In this document: one piece after another, positions 37,101 through 48,953 of the stretch
Layout: each line of letters opens with the position of its first letter
Numbering within the stretch: the stretch's first letter is position 1
DNA from: Callorhinchus milii
Taxonomy: Eukaryota
DNA length: 52,040 nt
Reading direction: 5' to 3'
Assembly: GCF_018977255.1 (NCBI RefSeq)
Contig: NW_024705355.1
Span: 1 to 52,040 of the forward strand
Program-made: the position numbers and the translations under genes
Notes under the pieces: model-generated
Database searches by the model: none
What the model saw: only the letters and a program-made list of their open reading frames with translations
Told to the model about the DNA's origin: nothing

Positions 37101-40100
37101 ATATGACATCATAACAACAGTCTGGACCACAGGCTTGGAAGGATGCCCTGGTGGTCCCCCTCTTTAAGAAGGGGGACCGCACAGACTGTAACAACTACAG
37201 GGGCATCTCACTCCTCAGTGTGCCGGGAAAGGTCCTGGCAAGGATTATTCAACATCGCCTTGCTAGGCACGCTGAGGAGAGGCTTGCGGAGCCCCAATGC
37301 GGTTTCAGGAAAGGGCGGTCCTGCACAGATGCCATATTTTCTGTCCGTCTGCTACAGCAGAGGTGTAGGGAATTCCAACAAGACCTACATCTCTGCTTTA
37401 TTGACCTGGTCAAGGCCTATGATACCATCAGTTCTTCGTGCTTTCGGAGTCCCTGACCCTCTGCTCACGATCATTAAGGACCTTCATGATGGTGAGCGGG
37501 CCCGGGTAAAACTACGTGGCCGGGAGTCGAGCCTTTCCCTGTACACCTTGGGGTGCGACAGGGATGTCCTCTGGCTCCCACATTATTTAACATCTATTTT
37601 GACCACGTAGTTCGTGAAGCCTTCAATAGCTGTACCGGGGAATTTCCATTTGGTACAGATATAATGGGAGGCTGATCGATGCCCGGGTGCGATCAAGGGA
37701 TGGCTCCCTATTGGTCAACCACGTTATGTATGCCGATGATTTGGTAATAGCTGCTCATTCAGAGGAGGAGTTGGAGACGCTGCTGCTGAGACTGGAGCGT
37801 GCCACTAAGAGGTGGGGCCTTACCATCAGCCCCACCAAAACTAAGCACCTGCCTGGGTATTTTGTACCATCGGACACTCCACCCCCACACTCCCAATCGG
37901 TGATGGGGCAGTTGTGGAGAGAGTGGAGAGTTTCCCATACCTGGGCAGTGTGCTTATGACCGGCTCCAGTTTAACAGCAGAGGTCTCACTCCGAATCAGT
38001 CGAGCGGCAATATCTTTTCATCGGTTGCGTAACGCTGTGTGGAAGCTACCTGGTCTGTCGCTCCGCACGAAGCTTCAGGTCTTCTCGGCCACAGTCATTC
38101 CCTCCCTTCTCTACGCTTGCGAAACGTGGACCCCCCTAATGGAGCATCTTCGCCGGTTAGAAACATTTAGGCTGGCCTGCCTACGATCCATCCTGGGTTT
38201 AACCAGGCTGGATTGTGTGAGGAGCTCACAAATCCTTGAAAGATCTGGGCAAAGTCCCATCGGTGAGCTCCTCCGGCAGGCAAGGCTGCGTTGGCTGGGT
38301 CATGTAGCCCGCATGCCCAGCCACCGCATGCCTAAACAGCTTTTGTTCGGCCGGATCGAGGGGGCTAAACGGGCGCAGCACGGGCTAGAGAAGAGATGGA
38401 GTGATGTGGTACAGGAGGACGTGGAGCTGAGTGGACTTGCCGATGACTGGTACCAGCGGTGTCAAGATCGGCCTCTGTGGAGGAGGCTCGTGAAGGACGC
38501 TACTGGGCAGTTGGAGGCAGTCGCCCTCCAACAACAACGGAGGGCGGAGGAGCGACGCTCACAACAACGAGCGGAGCGCCGGGTGGCTAAAGCACAGCAA
38601 GTTGGCACAGTAGGGGGCACAGGTGGTGCATCAGCCAGTCATCTCAGTCAGTCGACCCGTGGCACCTGGGTCTGCCCCGTGACCTCCTGCCAGCGGGCGT
38701 TCGACACTTCACGTGGCCTCAAGGTGCACATGGCCTGTGGTGACGTCACCGCCACTTAGTGGCGAATGGGGGTTCTTGTTGTTGTGAGTGTGTAGTAATG
38801 TGCAAGTATTCGTGTATATGGATATTATTGTATATGTACATGTGTGTGTATATTCATATATGAGAGTGTGCATATTAGTGTACATGTAAGATCTAATAAA
38901 TCTGAAAATCGAAATAGGATCGAGCCTGGAAGGTGCTTCTACTCGTGACTAACATGCATTACAATAGGTGTTGTAGCCTGCGGAGCTGCGTTATGGCAAT
39001 GGAACAACATTCATCTATGCTCTACACAAACCCACACTGACAATAGTGGTGATAATCTTGATTTGAAGCTTTCGTGACTGCAGGAATCCATACTCTTTGG
39101 TTCTTTCGGTAAAGTCACGTAGGTAGAAATAAAATAAAATAAATCACGACGTTTCGATCGCAACACAAGCGATCTTCATCGGGTGGAACAACCACAACAA
39201 GAAAATGCTGAAGTCGGCGAAAGAGCTGCCATGGCAAGAGGTTATATAGGTAAAGAGGGGGGAGCAGGCAAGGGGGGAGAGAGGGGGATGTGGTAGGGGG
39301 AGCCGCGTGAGCGCTAGGGGAAGAGGACGTGAGGCTGGGGGGGACGTGGGCGGAGTGAGCAGTAAACCGGCAGGTAATGATGGAAACAACAACAACCAGT
39401 TAAGGCATTCCGGTTGATAACATCCTTCCAATGATTGTTCAATTTGTATCCATCTTCTCGGTTGAAGAGTGGTGATGTATGGTCAATTAACCCCCAAGAC
39501 CTACATGGTGTGGGAGTGCCTTTTCCAGCAGTAGAGTGGCCAAAGGCTGTACTTGTACATGTTAGGAGTGTGTAAGTTTATATGTACACTATGTGTACGT
39601 TTGTGTGTGTACATGTCTGTGTGTGTATATACGAGTGTCTTTCAATGTGTATTTTTATGCGTTTTTGGGAATGGTGGGAAAGTCGTTGGCACATTCCAAT
39701 AAGAACTAAGTGACCTGGGTTTAATATCTGGTAACAGCATCAGTGGTGAGTGATAAAAATCTGGTCCTGGAACTCCCCTATGGTGACTCAGCCTTAAATG
39801 AGTACCTGTATGGTGTGTAAACATCAGCAATGGGAGAGAAAGACAGCCAATGACGGTACTAGTCAGGGAAGTGCGATCAGCACTTGCCTCAAAAGTGTAT
39901 GCAGGCTCCACGGGGAGATTGTCTTTGTGCTCTAAAGTGCAGTGTAGTAGTGTGTGCTTGTTCTCTGACACTACCTTCACTTTCCCCAACAGTTTGTATG
40001 GGCTACTTGGGGATCTTTGTCTCTTTAATGCTTTACAACTAAGATTGACACCCATTACGTATCAGCTGTCTCTGTAGTGGGGGCACCATCACTGACCATG

Positions 40101-43100
40101 ATCCACTGTGAACCAGGGGCTTGAATCGGCCACGTGGATCAAACCGTTACCCTCACTCTCCACTGCAGAGCGCTATCAGGGCTCCATTTTCTCAGTGTGG
40201 TCTACGGTCACCTCACTTCCTGCACCTAGTGTGAGGGCTATCATTATCGCTAATTAAATGTTGCTGAAGATGATGGAAAGCGTTACAGCAGCCATGCATA
40301 TGCATAACTTTCTTCCTTTTGTACTTAATGTACAGTGAGTGCAGCATTCACTGTGGACCCACCTACTCACTATACATTTACTCACCCACTCACACTAATT
40401 CACTCATTCACCAACCCACTCACACACTAATTCTCTCATTACCAACCACTCACACACTAATTCACTCATTCACCAACTCACTCACATCCTCACCTAACTC
40501 AACATACTCATTGATCCACCCACCAAGTCACCCACCAACTCAAGCAGGCACGCACTCACTCACCAAACATTATCCCTCAATGGATGAGTGGGCATGAGTA
40601 TGGGGGGAGAAGAGTGAAGGGATGGGCAAGGGTGGGGGATGGGTTATGGGAAAAGTGAAGGCAGGAGCAGTTGGGGGTTAATGGGAGGTATAAGGGGAGG
40701 GGTGAGCGTGGAGTGCGGGAGAGGAGTGAAGTGAGGAGTGAGGACAATGATGGCAGTGGCAAGGGGAAGAATTTGTCAAAAGTTGTATTCATGCTTGGGC
40801 TATGCAAGAGCGAGTGTTTACTTCAGTATGGGGTTACATTGTACTGTGTGCACAGTTACTAAGCGAGGAGTGTTATAAACAAAGATCTGCCGTATAGCCT
40901 TAACAGACTGCTGGGAAAGTGCTGTTAGGGAGCACCTATGAAGGCCGGCATGGCATATGATGGGGTGGGTGGCCAGCATCATGCCCGACCGCTTTTGTCT
41001 CCCGAGTAGCGATGTTTTACACACTGCACCTGGTACTCATTTGATCGAGTTGATATCACACACACACACACACAATTTGTGAAGTAGTGAATGCGAGGTG
41101 TGCAAGTCTTACACTAGCTCTTTACATCTGTGCAGTCCAGGCTGAAGCCTCTTCATTTCCTCGGTGCCGATGTCGCAGCCTGACAGGTCGAGTCTCTCCA
41201 CAGGTTCTCTCGATGCAGCAGGATCCAGGAGATGGCAGCGCAGTCTGGCAGGGACAGCCTTGTCTTGACAGGTCTATCTCAGTCATGGACCGAGTGGCAT
41301 CACTCAGGGACTTGCGGTCGTGCAGCTCGTGCACGCAGTGCAGGAGACTGATGAGCCTGTGTTTGTTAACTTCTGAGTCTCCATGCTGCGATTGAGCCAC
41401 TCGATTATTTCCTTTTGAGAATCTGCAGATGGAGGATCCAAGATACCCTCAAAGAACTTCCATGGAGTGCTTGATGCTAGTCCACAAAAAAACCTCTGAA
41501 ACACATCAAACCTCCATCTTTGCTGTCCTCAATAGCCTTGATGACGTCACTCACTGGCGATGTTGAATGTGACAGATGCACGGCTATTGCTGCAAAGAAT
41601 TCCTGCATTGTCAAGTGTGAAAATGAATAACAACTCCCTTGTTTAATGCCCTCACATGTGAACACTTTGTTGATGAATGTACTTCCGAGTTCAGAAGAAC
41701 TAACAACACACTCTTCTAGATCTTTTTGGCTGAACATCTGGATGTTTTGCTGAACCCCCTTCAGAGCCATATTGGCAAGAGATGATACGATTTCCTTGGC
41801 TCCGCGGCTGCCACGTCCATGGTGTTCTATGAGCCCAAACACGTATTGTGTGAAGAGGTCGGTCATTGATTTGAGGATAATCTCAGAATGATCAGACTTT
41901 TGTAAATGTTCCTTCAGTGTAATGGCTGCTATATGGCAGAATGAAGGGTTCTGGGACAATGTATTCACCGTTTCATTTTCCTGCAGGAGCTTGAGTGCCC
42001 TTTCTGCTAGACTCCTATCTTGGTAAAATTGTTAAAGAATGCTATTTTATCTTCGTTGGAAAACCCAGTGATTTCAACAGCTCGATCAACATTCACTCCA
42101 CTCAGCTGCTCCATGGCAATGGGTCTGGTCGTTATCAAGACCGAGGCCTTGGGCAAGAGTTTCCATTCACTAGGGCAGCAATGATGGCTTCTACTGTTGC
42201 CGTCTTACGTGGATCAGTGCAAGCATTGGCATAGTGAAGGCACTTTCCAAACTCGTCCAACCCATCCATAACAAAAAGGGTTCTCTCTTGGTTTGCGAAA
42301 ACCTCATCCGCTTTGTTTCCCAAACATGAGTGCAGCACAGAAAACAGCTCTGCAGTGACACCTCTCCAACATATTTATCTCCCTGAACGTTATGAGCACA
42401 ATGTGCTCAAAGCGTTGTGCAAACACTCTCTCACCTGACAGCAGGCTGTGCACAATGAATTTGCTCAACATGGTTTTACCGCTGCCTGGAGTCCCCACTA
42501 CAATAACCAGTCGGGGGTGTTTTTTTTTCCAATGGGATCAAAGAGCTTCTTGTAAGTCATCCCTTCTCTCTGTGCTCTCTTCATCAGCTCCTCGTGCTGC
42601 TTGCCTCTCGCTAGTAACTCGTGCTCCTTGGTTTCTTGCTGGCGGTAGTAGGGAACCAGAATTGGCTTCACCATCCTCTCCAGCAAAAACACTGCAGGTT
42701 CTCCAGGTCGTGCGTTGTAGTCTCGTGTTAATGATGTCAGCTTCAGCAAGAATTCTCTGTAATCATCACCAGGGTTATCTAAATAAAACAAAATATTTAA
42801 CGACAAATTAGTTTCATTTACAATAAAAAACATTCCTATAGCAGACAAATATGTTTAAAATAAACTATTAAAAAAAGCGTAGCGAATTCGTTCACCATGG
42901 ATAATGCAGCAACATCATGTACATCATGAATTATTGTGTGGAAGTTTTCCCGATGTGTATTCTACATATGCAATTTTTTAAACACTGTACCTTTGTAAAA
43001 TATTTTTTCTTATCTAAAAAATGTTCCCACCACTTGTCTTGTTTGTTTTGCATGTGAAAAAGATAGTACCACCACATTTAGCATTACGTGTACATCAGCA

Positions 43101-44935
43101 TCATCACAACCTAATTCTATCAATCTGTGTGTAAAATTCACTGCTGCCTTGTCCTACAATTTTGATTTTTGTTGTTTAGGATGTTGAATTTTACTTTTTA
43201 TATTTCACTGGTATTGGGGCTGTGTTTCCTCTCCCATCTCAAGCTGGCCTACATCACGTAGCAAGGGGCTACACTGGTGGAGTGCAGTACACCAGGCACG
43301 GTCCTCTGCAGGCAGAGAAGATGAGTGCTTGCACCTCCACAACAGCCACATGAATCACATAACTCGTAGCATCCCACGTGATGCATCGTAGGTTCACTTG
43401 AACTTCAACTAATCTGGCTACTGCATCATCAGCAAACACTGTGGCATCCACTACATTGGGGAGAGTGGCGATTTCCTATGACAAATTTTCTCAACAACTT
43501 CCATCAGCTTTCCAAGGAAACATTGAACCCAGTGACTCACCACTTGGGCCATGTGACCATAAGGAGCGTGATCCCTCTGTATCTGATGTTATTTTAATCT
43601 CTCGGAATAAATACTCGAGTCATTATCTTGCGTGGACTTTTTTTCCAAATGACGAGGGCTACAAATTTGAGGTTTAATCTGGAGGAATTATAACCAATCC
43701 AAGTCAGGGTAAGAGGAAGAGTAGGTTCCGTTTATGAGTCAATGGCAATAAAAGCTGGGTGTCATTAGAAATAGCAGTGATAGTCGATAATAAAAATTGA
43801 ATAATTCCACAAAGGAGGAGACATTGTACTGAGAAGAGCAGCCAAGGACGGAGCCATGTGGAACACCATAGAATTGGGGCTTCTGAACGGAAGGCAGTCC
43901 TTGATGGAAAATAGGGCTCACTTTTAGAGGTGAAGCAGAAGCAGTAGGAAGTGTGTGAGAGATGCCTGCGTAGCCATGACGATTCAAGAGGATGGAGTGG
44001 TGTGTGGTTCCAAAGCAGCCCAAAGGTCAAGAACTAGAAGCAGCTTCCATAGTTTAACAGAGGTGGTCATTCACCCTGCATAGGGGAAGTTTCAATGACA
44101 TGGCCTTGGTGGAATCCAGATTGTACCAAGTCATGGAGACCATGGCAGCAGATGGGTTTGCTGCCATGGCAACCATCTTGGGCTTGACACTTAAAGAGAG
44201 CTTCATAGCTCATTATATTCTTCCAGCTTAAATACAAAGTCTGTGTCTGAAGAGGTGGGAGAAAATCACCATGTTTAAGTATTTTCCAAGAAAGGAGGTG
44301 TGGATATGACGAATTAAATGTTGGGGTCCAGTGTGGATGTAAGTTTTGATATTTACACACTTTCATTATCCATCTATCCTTTCCTCCCAATTGCTGATCA
44401 ATTGTACTTTCCCTGTTATGCAATGGAATATAAATGTCCTCCTTCTGAGAGGAATGTTGTCATGCAAGGATGGTGCAGTTTGCTATTTTAAATGACAATT
44501 CATCTCAGTTCAAACAATTCCTTCACGTAAACTTGCCAAGACATGCTAATGGCTATGTGAAGTTTAGCATCACTCACGAGAAGCTGCTCCAGGGATGGTT
44601 TCCCGCAGTACTGCTCAGATCGACACCCATCACGTTGAGCTGCTGCTCATGCTGTGATATCCACCGATCAAGAGAGGATCTCGGATCTCAGCGGCACCAA
44701 CACGTCTTTAAGGAATCTCATGCACACATCTTCTCCCTTGTCGAGCATGAGGTCAATCAGGTGCCGTGTTCGTGCAATGGGGTCATTCTGCTTTTAAGGG
44801 ACGCGTATTCATTCTGCAGGACTATCCTGCTTGTTGTGAATGGTCAAGCACTTCTGATGACTTGCACTGGAGACATTGCAGGAGTTTCACTTTGTTGGTT
44901 CTAATGATCTCATATGCAGGATCTTTTGATGCCAT
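28112..44935 (-). CDS. NLR immune receptor gene (CARD - FISNA-like - NACHT - RI-type LRR); frameshifted in this sequence
   Basis: CARD exon (ATG 44935, donor after 44578); NACHT exon 42778-41113; LRR exons 35175-35089, 33488-33405, 32838-32752, 31413-31330, 30764-30678, 29075-28992; last exon 28199-28112. All junctions from NACHT onward are GT-AG and phase 2. The CARD-NACHT phase is unresolved, so a small exon may be missed. Confidence 0.85.
28753..28931. mobile_element. Palindromic Penelope-like tail insertion (no hammerhead)
   Basis: Inverted arms tattcttggttctttcggtaaagtcacgtagaagggaaataataaaa and its reverse complement. 11-bp TSD atctaagttgt (28742-28752, 28932-28942). Confidence 0.8.
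28992..29075 (-). CDS. NLR LRR exon B3 (84 nt)
   Basis: (Y)LHHCSLTDKSIPALHDIMITNKALKEF; tag acceptor, gtaag donor. Confidence 0.88.
30678..30764 (-). CDS. NLR LRR exon A3 (87 nt)
   Basis: (W)LRGNKIGDSGLRLLVDGMLGREGSLETL. Confidence 0.9.
31330..31413 (-). CDS. NLR LRR exon B2 (84 nt)
   Basis: (N)LYECSLTDKSGSSLSVILKANTGLKNL. Confidence 0.9.
31560..31775 (-). mobile_element. Penelope-like palindromic remnant with hammerhead (31622-31664, minus)
   Basis: Minus strand ctc-CTGATGA-c-gatcgc-ttgtgtt-gcgatc-GAAAC-ATC-gtag. A truncated copy of 33637-33995. Confidence 0.75.
32752..32838 (-). CDS. NLR LRR exon A2 (87 nt)
   Basis: (E)LSKNEIGDTGLRLLADGMLGREGSLETL. Confidence 0.9.
33405..33488 (-). CDS. 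NLR LRR exon B1 (84 nt)
   Basis: (N)LRLCSLTDKSGSSLSVILKANTSLQIL. Confidence 0.9.
33637..33995. mobile_element. Palindromic Penelope-like insertion with two opposed hammerheads (33702-33743 minus; 33876-33918 plus)
   Basis: ~160-bp inverted arms centred at ~33810; both arms contain CTGATGA...GAAACGTC. Confidence 0.82.
35089..35175 (-). CDS. NLR LRR exon A1 (87 nt)
   Basis: (V)LSKNEIGDTGLRLLAGGMLGREGSLETL. Confidence 0.9.
36015..38782 (+). mobile_element. 5'-truncated RTE-clade LINE (partial APE endonuclease + RT + zinc finger), antisense in an NLR intron
   Basis: APE motifs NNNGRRLLDFC, LDYIV and SDH; RT motifs KAPGRDD, NYRGISLL, QCGFRKGR, FIDLVKAYD and YADD; (GTT)n tail; 11-bp TSD tgtgagtgtgt (36004-36014, 38783-38793). 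Several frameshifts. Confidence 0.93.
39060..39475 (-). mobile_element. Penelope-like element 3' end
   Basis: Minus strand encodes PLFNREDGYKLNNHWKDVIN (NRDxG motif of the PLE GIY-YIG C-terminus), then a hammerhead at 39144-39186 (core CCGATGA) and the tail ...gcagtcacgaaagcttcaaatc. Confidence 0.8.
41113..42778 (-). CDS. NLR FISNA-like + NACHT + first LRR exon (several frameshifts)
   Basis: DYNARPGE...EHELLARG (FISNA-like), Walker A GTPGSGKT, Walker B LFVMDGLDE, winged-helix YSFSHLTMQEFFAA, FQRFFCGL, LLHCVHE, and terminal ERLDLSGCDIGTEEMKRLQPGLHRCKEL followed by gtaag. Confidence 0.9.
43700..44450 (-). pseudogene. Highly decayed L2/CR1 LINE RT relic
   Basis: GVPHGSVLG (GVPQGSVLG-like) and NDTQLLL (DDTQL-like) fragments in the minus-strand ORFs. 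Confidence 0.55.
44578..44935 (-). CDS. NLR N-terminal CARD (death-fold) exon, frameshifted
   Basis: Joined frames give MASKDPAYEIIRTNKVKLLQCLQCKSSEVLDH..IVLQNEYASLK..NDPIARTRHLIDLMLDKGEDVCMRFLKDVL. Acceptor ttcttcag before 44957; gtgagt donor after 44578. Confidence 0.8.
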
Positions 44936-47164
44936 CACGACAAACGCATGGAGTCACCTGAAGAACATTAAAACAAACCACGTGCCACCTGTAAGCATAG
45001 TCGTGTAATTTTAGCCAGGTATGGGAAAGAATAATAATTATTATAATAAAATCCTGCTACTAAAATCTGAGGTCTTGGTTGGGTACAATTGTGACTATAG
45101 GTATTTGATTGTGAATACATTGAGTTATGTAAATTGTAATGTAAGCTCCAATTGTTATTGGAATTATGGAAATACATTAAATAGCATCGAAACACCTTAG
45201 ACATCTCAAAACACTCTTCAGTGCAAGCATATGAACACAACACTACGACAAAAAAGTAAAATGTAAACCTAATTCAAAATACCACACAGGTTTAACAGAT
45301 TAAGCAGCTGCTTGACACCACGCGCTCACTGCCTCGACCACCGTGATGCCACGCAGACGGCGAATTGCGCTGTAATGTGCAATGATCGGGATAGCGTCAC
45401 CTCAGGTTGAGTGACGATTAGGATGGAGGTGGAACGGCAGAGGGTGGGAGCCAGGTTTGATCTTGGGTGGTCCCTATGTAGAGGGTACGCCCATGTTCTC
45501 AATGTATGGGTAGAGGGTGATCTGAGGTTGTCTAGCAGTGGTATGACGTCACATACGCTTCACGGAAATTAGTGAACGGGATCTTTTGAGTGGGGAAGCC
45601 AAAACTTAAAGTACACACATGAGGCAGCGTCAATGTTACTGTGATGTTCATTATGTTAAATAAATCACTTATGCAGGACAGCAGTGGTCCAGGCGTCTGT
45701 GCAGCCACCTTCCTATGCCTTTGAATCTCCCTACACTGTCTCTTAGGAATCCTTCAAAATGAGCGGCACGTTACATCATCAGCAGCCATTGTCTCTACCG
45801 CTGGATGAACGCTTCCCTATGTTTTTCATAAGAAATTTTATCTTTGTTTTTTAATCACTAAAGAAAATAATAAAAAAAAAATTACATAATAATATTAATT
45901 ATTTAACATTAAAAATTAATATTTATCCGGTCAGTGAGTATTCCCCACGTGCATTTACAACAGGATGCAGAGCATGAGACTATAACGAGTTTTGTACATC
46001 GTTTGAGATATTCATACATTTAACTCGTTGTGTATTGAGCTGTGTGTATTGCACCGCTGCAAACTAAATATCGATACTGTACATATACAGGCCGGTCTCA
46101 CTTAACGAGCGTTCTTTCTACGAGAATGCCCCATAACAAGCAATTTGAACGTAAACCCATTTTTTGCAAAATTAGCAAATATTTGCGTAACGAGCGGAGA
46201 CGGCTTGATCAAATAGTATTCTTTGGCAGCAGGGAGCACACGGTGGCCTGCAGTTGTTTGCATCGCGCGCTTTCAGATGCGCTTCTGCTGCCATCTGAAA
46301 TTCTTTCCTTCTGATATTAGGAAGCCACTGGGGCGATGCACTTGATTGAAAACTCATTTCTTTATAAGTGCTTTTTGCGTTTAGTTTATTGTCCTTCCTC
46401 CTCACCTCACATTCAATTACGTATTGTACACGTATGATTTGCTGAGCAGTCAAATAGTACGAGGAGACACTGTAATGGGGGGGAGGGGGGAGGCCGTGGG
46501 CTCAGTCGCTTTCTCTCTCATACAGCACACATCTCCACGAGAATTACGAAAAAAATGACACCTGGAAAATGGACATCCATTGATGTTTACGCCCAAGGCG
46601 CAACAACTCTCTTGGCTTCACTCTCGTGCAGCTCCACGCTACCCACAGCAGACGCGCGCTCCTTACAGAAGATCCACGGCCGAGTGTCTTCTACGCCTAC
46701 AGCACGAGCTCCAGCACAAACATCTCCCATGTAGCTCCACAGACTGGTGGGGCAAGTGCTATTATTGAGCACCTTTGAAGGCCGGCATGGCAAAAGAGGG
46801 GTAGAAATGGCCAGTACCACACCTGGCCATCTTTGTCTCATAGTTTCTGCTGATTACCAATTGTATCAGGCACTCATTTAATGCAGACTCAACCTAGAGG
46901 ACCCAAAACCAGTGGAGATATAATGCGCTATTGATAACTGTGGCTGTGTTTGTTGTGCAGCATGGCTCGCCAAAAACACACACACATAGGGTATGCACAG
47001 ATACAAACAAGACAAATCTTCCAGAGTTTTTGACATACTATAATCAGTCAAAAACTCAATGGAAGATTTGGAATTACTTCTGATATCGAGCACCTCAGAA
47101 GGCTGATACAGCACATGAAGGGGTGGATACATACACACAATAACAATAAGAGCCATTCTCCACT

Positions 47165-48010
47165 GAAAATTGGTGACGTCAGCAAGGTGTTTGTGCCAGG
47201 CTAAGTGCACACTGAGGTAATGTGGACTGTGGAAGGCTCCTTTGGCAGGAGGTTACGGGATAGACAAAGGTGCCATGGGTTGAGTTACGGGGATGACTGG
47301 CAAATCTACCACGTGTGCTCCCTACTGTTCCAACTTGCTGTATTTTACTCGCCCTGCACTCCGTTCGTTGTTGTGAGCATCACTCCCCGCCCTCCGTTAT
47401 TGCTGGAGGTGGGCATCCTTCACAAAACTCCTCAGTGAGGCTGATCTTGACACCACTGGTACGAGCTGTCCGCAAGCCCAAGCAGCTCCACATCCTTCTG
47501 TTACACAGCAGTCAAACTCTTGTCTATAGGTTTAGCCCCTTATATCTGGACAAACAGAAGCTGTTGGGTACGCAGTAACTGGCCAGTTGGGCTACATGAC
47601 CCAGCCAATGCTGCCACACCTGCCTTAGATCTCACTGATGGGAATGTGTCCTGATCTTTCAAGGATCTAATCTGCTCACACAATCCAGTTTGTTAAACCC
47701 ACGGTGGATCGTAGACAACCTGAATATGCAAAACCAGTGTAGATGTTCCTTTAAAAGGGATTCATATTTCTCAAATATAGAGAAGGGAGGGGATATCTGG
47801 CTGAGAAGACCCAGAGATTTACGTGGAGCGACAGGCCATGTGGCTTTCACAGCGCGTCACGCAGCTGAGATAATTATGTTCGACTGATTCAGAGTTTGAC
47901 CTCTGCTGCCAAACTTGAGCTGGTCTTAAGTACCCATTCCAGTTATGGAAACAATTTCCACTCTGTCCAAAACTGCCCCACCACTCATGGGGAGTGGAGG
48001 GAGGGGAGAA
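47165..48010 (-). pseudogene. Older diverged copy of the same RTE LINE family (3' part)
   Basis: The reverse complement aligns by eye to ~37880-38760 (gatgtggagctg...taccagtggtgtcaagatc...gtgaaggatgcc). Confidence 0.75.
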
Positions 48011-48229
48011 TACGATGACTTAGAATACCAAGCAGGTGCTTTGTTTTTTGTGGGATTGATCGTAAACCTCATCTCTTAGTAGTACGCTCTAAGTTCAACA
48101 AACGCTTCTCAAGCTCATTCTCAATATAATTCTGATGGTGGGGATGGTTGTAATGTGGAGCTGGGCAGTGGTGACGCATGCTCCTGTCTAATGAGGAACC
48201 TACTGATTGGGACCAGTTTCAAGATTCTG

Positions 48230-48830
48230 TAAACAACGCTGCCAAGACCTGCCCAAGAACCCGTTGCAGTATTCGGAAGCAATTTGATTAGTGATTAAAC
48301 GAAGATGCTTAATTGATAAAAACGTGAAAAACTGCTACAAGGGCCCATAGAAGACTACAAGGGCCTAAGAAGGTCTGGCATGACCAGAGGCAGCCTGATC
48401 GAAAAGCTGCAGCAGTGGATAAGAACTCTAAAACGGTGAAATAAAGGATGACTTTGCAAACTTGAGTCAGGTCAGGGAGCCTACTTAAATTTCCTGCGCA
48501 ATTACAGATGCAAGTGGCAACCTGCTCAGCAGTTGAAGGCAGAAACTAGCATGGTAGAAGAAATTGTATTCTTAGTTGCAGAATCACTTTTCGTCATACC
48601 CCCCTGAAGAGCTCATGCAAATCACAACATCAACGAAGACCACATTTCCTGATTTGAGCCATCTGAGAATACAGTGAGGGGTGCCCTAAGAAAAATGAAA
48701 AAAAACTTATCTAAGTATCCGACATTTGCAATATCAGAGAAAAAATGCTGACGTCTAGAGACTCAACTATCATCAAATGGTTAAGTAAAATTGTTTAGCA
48801 CACGTGGAGGGCAGGCTTGACACCAGCTTT
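48230..48830 (+). pseudogene. Very decayed LINE ORF2 relic
   Basis: Fragmentary ALRKMKK...ISEKML...IKWL.KLFS..WR pattern typical of the pre-RT region. Confidence 0.4.
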
Positions 48831-48953
48831 AAATGCAATTATGAAGCCATTTTGGATGGACTGCTTGCAGTCTTATTCCTTTTGTGTCAGTCGTAAGGTT
48901 GTTGGACTATACTTCTCCACACTCGTCTATATTTGGGCGGCAAATATATCAAC

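Noticed and set aside
35917..38759. Active autonomous LINE
   Set aside because: 5'-truncated within the endonuclease, with internal deletions and frameshifts.
39642..40077. ORFs in the NLR intron as extra exons
   Set aside because: No LRR pattern, they overlap a SINE-like relic, and the NACHT exon already joins exon A1 in phase.
44470..44904. 144-aa plus-strand ORF
   Set aside because: Antisense to the CARD exon.
45544..45551. TGACGTCA (CRE) upstream of the CARD exon
   Set aside because: A single 8-mer that also occurs inside repeats in this window, and the TSS is unknown.
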